Translations under genes and position numbers: made by a program
The notes under the pieces: model-generated
Seen by the model: the letters and a program-made list of their open reading frames with translations, nothing else
What the model was told of the DNA's origin: nothing
The model's database searches: none
Origin: a virus
Taxonomy: Duplodnaviria; Caudoviricetes
Strand: one strand, 5' to 3'
Length of the DNA stretch: 41,227 nt
Virus record (IMG/VR): IMGVR_UViG_3300020042_011576
Location: 1-41,227 of that record
Shown: in pieces, positions 37,076 to 41,227 of the stretch
How positions within the stretch are numbered: position 1 is the stretch's first letter
How the letters are laid out: the number at the start of each line of letters is the position of its first letter

Positions 37076-38227
37076 TTATCCTATAAAAATTGTCATTGGA
37101 ACATCTGCTAATATATTCATTTGACTTTGTGCTTCTTCTGCTTTATTTGCTAATAAAGTTTTGCGTGAAGTTGTATCAAAATATGCTCTTAAACGTTCAA
37201 TTAATGCTAGTTTCTCTGCAGTAGCAGCAGTTATTAAGTCTCCTTGGTTTAAAGTTACCTCAGAACCAGGGATTGGGAGTGTAGAGTATTTTCCTCTAAC
37301 ATATCCTAAAATTTCTTTAACAATTCCTAATCCATATTCAAATATCCATTGACGACCAATCGAGTTAATACGTGTATAAGTTGGGTTCTCATAAGGAACA
37401 TTAGAGGCGTTGGTGATTACACTTTGGCCGTTTCTATCCGCGTATGGTTGATTGCGATCAGTAAGTAAAATATATTCAAAATGTAATTCACGAATTCCTC
37501 CTCCTTGTGGAATCGGGAATATTCTTAATACATTATTGACTAATTCAAATGTATATTGTGATTTTCTAATTTGATCATTCAATTCAATTGCTTGAATTTT
37601 TTGCATATCATAACTAATAGGCATTAACATAAAGTTAATAGCTGGTGAATATGATCCCCACCCAAAACTATCTAACATTTGCATCATACCCGTACCTGTA
37701 CCTGCATATGGATCAAAGTATCTTGTGATTGCAGGAGGTGCTTCGTAAAATATACGTTTTACTTCAATACCACCTTGTATACCTTGGGATATTGCCCAAG
37801 ATTTTAAATCATAATTTTGTACTCCTGATGTTAGGTAAATTGATCCTGTATGGTATGTAATAGTACCTCCAACTCCAGCTTCTTCACCATATTGGTTAGA
37901 TAAGCGAACTATAGCAGCTAAATTTTCTTCAACTAGTTCGTTATTTCCTGGGTTAATTGTGGTTGATGCCCCCTGGAATGTGAGTAAATTTTCAGCTACT
38001 TGATAAGCGTATAATTCATTTCCATATGTAGTAACTGCTTCTTCGAATGCAGTATAAAAATTTATATCTTGTAATTCAACTTCAACTAAAGGATAACCTA
38101 AACGTTGTGAAGCAAATTTTGCAAATTTGTCAGCATCTGTTTGAAATTGATTATCATAGTCATAAAAACCAAATGGAGTGTCTCCAGGTTGAAATGAGCT
38201 TGATCCGGGCCAAATTGGAATATTCAT
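37076..38227 (-). CDS. neck / head-tail adaptor protein (gp13-like)
   Basis: RLGYPLVEVEL, W...Y....KEILG.VRGKY..IPG..VTLN, ending PMTIFIG. Confidence 0.75.
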   Translation of the reverse strand: MNIPIWPGSSSFQPGDTPFGFYDYDNQFQTDADKFAKFASQRLGYPLVEVELQDINFYTAFEEAVTTYGNELYAYQVAENLLTFQGASTTINPGNNELVEENLAAIVRLSNQYGEEAGVGGTITYHTGSIYLTSGVQNYDLKSWAISQGIQGGIEVKRIFYEAPPAITRYFDPYAGTGTGMMQMLDSFGWGSYSPAINFMLMPISYDMQKIQAIELNDQIRKSQYTFELVNNVLRIFPIPQGGGIRELHFEYILLTDRNQPYADRNGQSVITNASNVPYENPTYTRINSIGRQWIFEYGLGIVKEILGYVRGKYSTLPIPGSEVTLNQGDLITAATAEKLALIERLRAYFDTTSRKTLLANKAEEAQSQMNILADVPMTIFIG

Positions 38228-38234
38228 AATTTAA

Positions 38235-38660
38235 TTAGTTTGTAGCGATAAAATATTCAATTTGAGCAGATGATCCTGATGATTCAATATAAACATTTTG
38301 AATGTCTTCTAAAGTAAAATTACTATCAATACTACCTGTTATTTTACTGGTAGATATATAGAAAGAATTACCTGCAGCTATTAAGAAGCTTGAATCCGTT
38401 GTAGGAGCCTCTATTGATAATTTTACTGAGGAAGTTGATAAATTAGTTATTCTAGCGTATTGTAAACTACTAGTTACAAAAGTACCAGCACCAGGCATTG
38501 CACCTAAGGAAAAAATTGAAATTTGTGATCCTGTAGGACAATTCATATTCCTTGTATCAATATAATTGATGTTAGGAATTATTGTTGGTGTGATTACTGT
38601 TTGAGTTTCATTATTAGCTAAAGTAATTTCTTCAGTAATATTTATGTATAAGTTAGCCAT
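38235..38660 (-). CDS. hypothetical virion protein
   Basis: 141 aa, beta-rich; upstream late motif. Confidence 0.7.
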   Translation of the reverse strand: MANLYINITEEITLANNETQTVITPTIIPNINYIDTRNMNCPTGSQISIFSLGAMPGAGTFVTSSLQYARITNLSTSSVKLSIEAPTTDSSFLIAAGNSFYISTSKITGSIDSNFTLEDIQNVYIESSGSSAQIEYFIATN

Positions 38661-38672
38661 CCCGAGTTTTTG

Positions 38673-38682
38673 TTATAAATAT
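38673..38682 (-). promoter_or_regulatory. putative late promoter motif inside an 8-bp inverted repeat
   Basis: + strand TTTTGTTA-TAAATAT-TAACAAAA at 38668-38690. Confidence 0.55.
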
Positions 38683-38705
38683 TAACAAAACCCTTGATTT
38701 TACTA

Positions 38706-39404
38706 TTACGATCTAAGATTTTTATATACATCTAAGATAAATTCTACAATTTCATGTCTATGATTTTTCTCTAACGTAATTACCTCAAATCCAGGTACGT
38801 CTTTCATATGCTTACATACTACATCAAATCCTGAGGTTTTACGATCTTTTAAATCTATTTGGGCACCATCACCACAGAATATCATTTTAGAACCATGACA
38901 TATACGAGTCAATAATAACTCCATTTGTGTATCAGTTAAGTTTTGAGCTTCATCAATTACAACTAAACAATTAGTAAAGTTTCTACCTCGCATAAAAGAT
39001 ACAGGTACAATCTCTATTTCACCTTCAGATATACATTTTTCGATTTTTTCTTTGTTATATAATCGATGCATGTTCTCATATACAGGAGCTGTAAATGGAG
39101 CAAGTTTTTCATTAACGTCTCCTGGGAGGAAACCAATGTCTTGTCCTGCTACTACAGTTGGTCGAGTAATGATAATCTTTTCGATTTCTCTACTAAATAA
39201 TAAGTCAAGTGCTATATTAGCTGCTAAGAGAGATTTACCAGAACCTGCTTTACCTTTTAATACTGTGACTGTGTTGTTTAAGATTTGTTCTTTTGCCCTT
39301 TTTTGTTCTTCATTTAATTGAATTTCAAACTTAATTGGACCTTTAGGTTTTCTTTTTGATTTAAAAACTTCTTGTGCTTGTGGCGTTCTATTAAAATCGT
39401 TCAT
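38706..39404 (-). CDS. phoH: PhoH-family ATPase
   Basis: Walker A GKAGSGKS, ITRP, IGFLPGD..EK, FMRGRNF, IDEAQN, GD..Q.D, HRH. Confidence 0.95.
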   Translation of the reverse strand: MNDFNRTPQAQEVFKSKRKPKGPIKFEIQLNEEQKRAKEQILNNTVTVLKGKAGSGKSLLAANIALDLLFSREIEKIIITRPTVVAGQDIGFLPGDVNEKLAPFTAPVYENMHRLYNKEKIEKCISEGEIEIVPVSFMRGRNFTNCLVVIDEAQNLTDTQMELLLTRICHGSKMIFCGDGAQIDLKDRKTSGFDVVCKHMKDVPGFEVITLEKNHRHEIVEFILDVYKNLRS

Positions 39405-39418
39405 ATAACTATATTTGA

Positions 39419-39428
39419 TAATAAATAT
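39419..39428 (-). promoter_or_regulatory. putative late promoter motif variant ATATTTATTA upstream of phoH
   Basis: 14 nt upstream of the ATG, just after the capsid terminator. Confidence 0.55.
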
Positions 39429-39439
39429 TGGGGGAAAAC

Positions 39440-39465
39440 TAAAAAAGCCGGACTTTCGTCCGGCT
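39440..39465 (-). terminator. intrinsic terminator after the major capsid gene
   Basis: Minus strand AGCCGGAC-GAAA-GTCCGGCT followed by TTTTT. Confidence 0.9.
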
Positions 39466-39489
39466 CTTCATATTAGGTTTTATCTAATA

Positions 39490-41199
39490 TTAGATAGTGT
39501 TCAAGTTAGACACGAAGATACGACCGTAAAATTCAGGACGGATCATTTTCTTAGCGTAACGAGTCAATAAACCTTTACGTGGAGTAAACGTTGTTGGATC
39601 GTACACAAGTGGTGTCATAATCAATGGAACATATGGAGCAAATACAGCACCAGTTTCAAGGAATTGAGCTCCTCTATAACCCATCAAGATAACATTTTCT
39701 GTCATGTAAGGGTTTTTGTAAACTGTGTAACGGCTGTTCATTTGACCTGCTTTTTGGATACCAAATGCGTAAGACGCTTTAGTAACATCACCATCAGAAG
39801 ATGAAGCAAATCCAGGGATTGATTCAATGATAGTTGCAACTGTTGGAGAACATACTAAGAAGTTAGCACCACCACGTAATGTTTTTTGGTGAATTTTGTT
39901 ACTAACTTTTTGCATTTTCGTTCCTAAAGTTTGGAACCATTGACCTTGTGTGTTGTAGAAACCTAAGTTATCGTATCCTGTTCTAGCAGCATTCAATTGT
40001 AGGTTATTTTGAGCATTCCAGTACTCATCCCATGCATTAGCATCTTGGATCAACATATCTAAGTTTTCTAAGTCGATCTCTAATGCGATATACTCAGACA
40101 TAATAGATGTTAATTCTGCTTCAGCATCCAATGATTGGTATGCGTTCAAATCCTGTGCGAATTCTGGTGTCCATTGTGCTTTCAACTTACGTGTTTTAGC
40201 AACAATAGCCTCAGATTTCATTTGGATATTGATTTGTGGAATAGCTAATTGATCTGCAGATGTAGATTCAGCATTTGGATAACCAGCACCGCTGTTATCT
40301 TCGAAGTCACCTCTGTAGTTATCAGCTGGTTGTAAGTTGTAGAATACAGTGTTTGCAAATGATCCAGTTCCTGGGATTGGAGATACAACACTTTGACCAC
40401 TCATTGAACCTGAATAGATGAAAGATACTGTAGATGTACCGTTTGTAGTTGTAAATTGAGGTAACAAACGAGCCATTGTAGCATCTGATGGTACTGTTGC
40501 TGAACCTGATGCTAATACAAATGCACGAACACCTTTCCAGTCTGGAGTTCTACCAGCGATTGCAGGGATAGTAACTGTTACTTTAGTGTATTGGTTAGCG
40601 AAAATTGAAGCAGATAATTCAGCCTCAAAGTTTACATCTCCCCAAGAAGCTGTAGTAGCTGTTGTTGAACAAGATGCTGAGAATTGGTTGATTGAGTAAG
40701 CGAAACGACCTGCACCATATAAACCTTGAGATGCATCAACATTATCGCCTGGGTTTGTAGCACCATATAAAGATGAAGTAGCACCATAAGTGTCACCGCT
40801 AGGTCCAAATTTACCGTAAGGAGCAGCTTTACCATCTCCATATTGGAAATCTAAGAAGAATACAAGTCCAGAAGGCAAGTTCATTGGTTGTACAGACATG
40901 AATTCTTTAGTTGATAAAGAACCAAATACTTTACGTACCAATGGAAGAGCTACACCAGCCCATTGTTCACCTTGTCCTACTGTAAAAGAACCTCCATTAA
41001 TGTTGTTAGAAGATTGTTCTGTTACTAATTGTTTTGCTTGATTTTCGAGGATCATAGCCATGTTGTTTTTATCAACTTCGCTACCAAGTCCTTCTAATAG
41101 ACCTGTTTTTCCCCATTTTGACGCCATTCTATTGGCATCGCTCTGCATGTTTTTAAAGCTACCTGCAGCGCTTTCGAGTAATGAATTAATACTTGACAT
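39490..41199 (-). CDS. gp23: major capsid protein (T4 gp23-like)
   Basis: ILENQ, VQPMNLPSGLVF, AKTRKLKAQWTPEFAQDLNAY..LDAEAEL, GAVFAPYVPL, FTPRKGLLTRY. Confidence 0.97.
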   Translation of the reverse strand: MSSINSLLESAAGSFKNMQSDANRMASKWGKTGLLEGLGSEVDKNNMAMILENQAKQLVTEQSSNNINGGSFTVGQGEQWAGVALPLVRKVFGSLSTKEFMSVQPMNLPSGLVFFLDFQYGDGKAAPYGKFGPSGDTYGATSSLYGATNPGDNVDASQGLYGAGRFAYSINQFSASCSTTATTASWGDVNFEAELSASIFANQYTKVTVTIPAIAGRTPDWKGVRAFVLASGSATVPSDATMARLLPQFTTTNGTSTVSFIYSGSMSGQSVVSPIPGTGSFANTVFYNLQPADNYRGDFEDNSGAGYPNAESTSADQLAIPQINIQMKSEAIVAKTRKLKAQWTPEFAQDLNAYQSLDAEAELTSIMSEYIALEIDLENLDMLIQDANAWDEYWNAQNNLQLNAARTGYDNLGFYNTQGQWFQTLGTKMQKVSNKIHQKTLRGGANFLVCSPTVATIIESIPGFASSSDGDVTKASYAFGIQKAGQMNSRYTVYKNPYMTENVILMGYRGAQFLETGAVFAPYVPLIMTPLVYDPTTFTPRKGLLTRYAKKMIRPEFYGRIFVSNLNTI

Positions 41200-41227
41200 T
41201 TTGTTTTTTTGTTTTAAGTTTATAATT

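Noticed and set aside
2669-39321. Plus-strand ORFs of 60-112 aa in the ORF track
   Set aside because: All lie antisense to well-supported minus-strand genes and have no recognisable motifs.
1-41227. Alternative genetic code (stop-codon reassignment) as in some large Bacteroidota phages
   Set aside because: Genes are full length and tightly packed under the standard code, and TAG and TGA occur as apparent stops (e.g. 5790, 10997).

Overview
The window is a 41 kb, AT-rich segment of a large T4-like (contractile-tail) phage genome. All credible genes are on the minus strand. In transcription order it carries: gp23-like major capsid, PhoH, neck/tail-terminator genes, a cluster of tail-fibre and appendage genes (proline-free Gly-Thr-Gln collagen-like repeats, three LamG paralogs, a His-rich 14-aa repeat protein) with embedded modification enzymes (a beta-propeller/FkbM methyltransferase/radical SAM-SPASM fusion, a TPR protein and a SET-domain protein), two tail sheath paralogs, tail tube, a secreted protein with a T9SS type-B sorting domain, a gp26/gp51-like pair, tape measure, baseplate genes and a short divergent family A polymerase. 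A Bacteroidota host is inferred from the T9SS domain, TTGG-N19-TAnnTTTA promoters and A-rich leaders without Shine-Dalgarno sequences. The strongest leads are: a possible virion post-translational modification system ([ST]-[GAS]-S motifs concentrated in virion proteins plus co-located enzymes), a structured three-way-junction RNA leader, a likely +1 frameshift in the tail chaperone pair, two clean promoter classes, a phage-borne T9SS cargo, and an unlisted 47-aa Lys-rich protein. All calls come from motif recognition by eye; no database searches were run.
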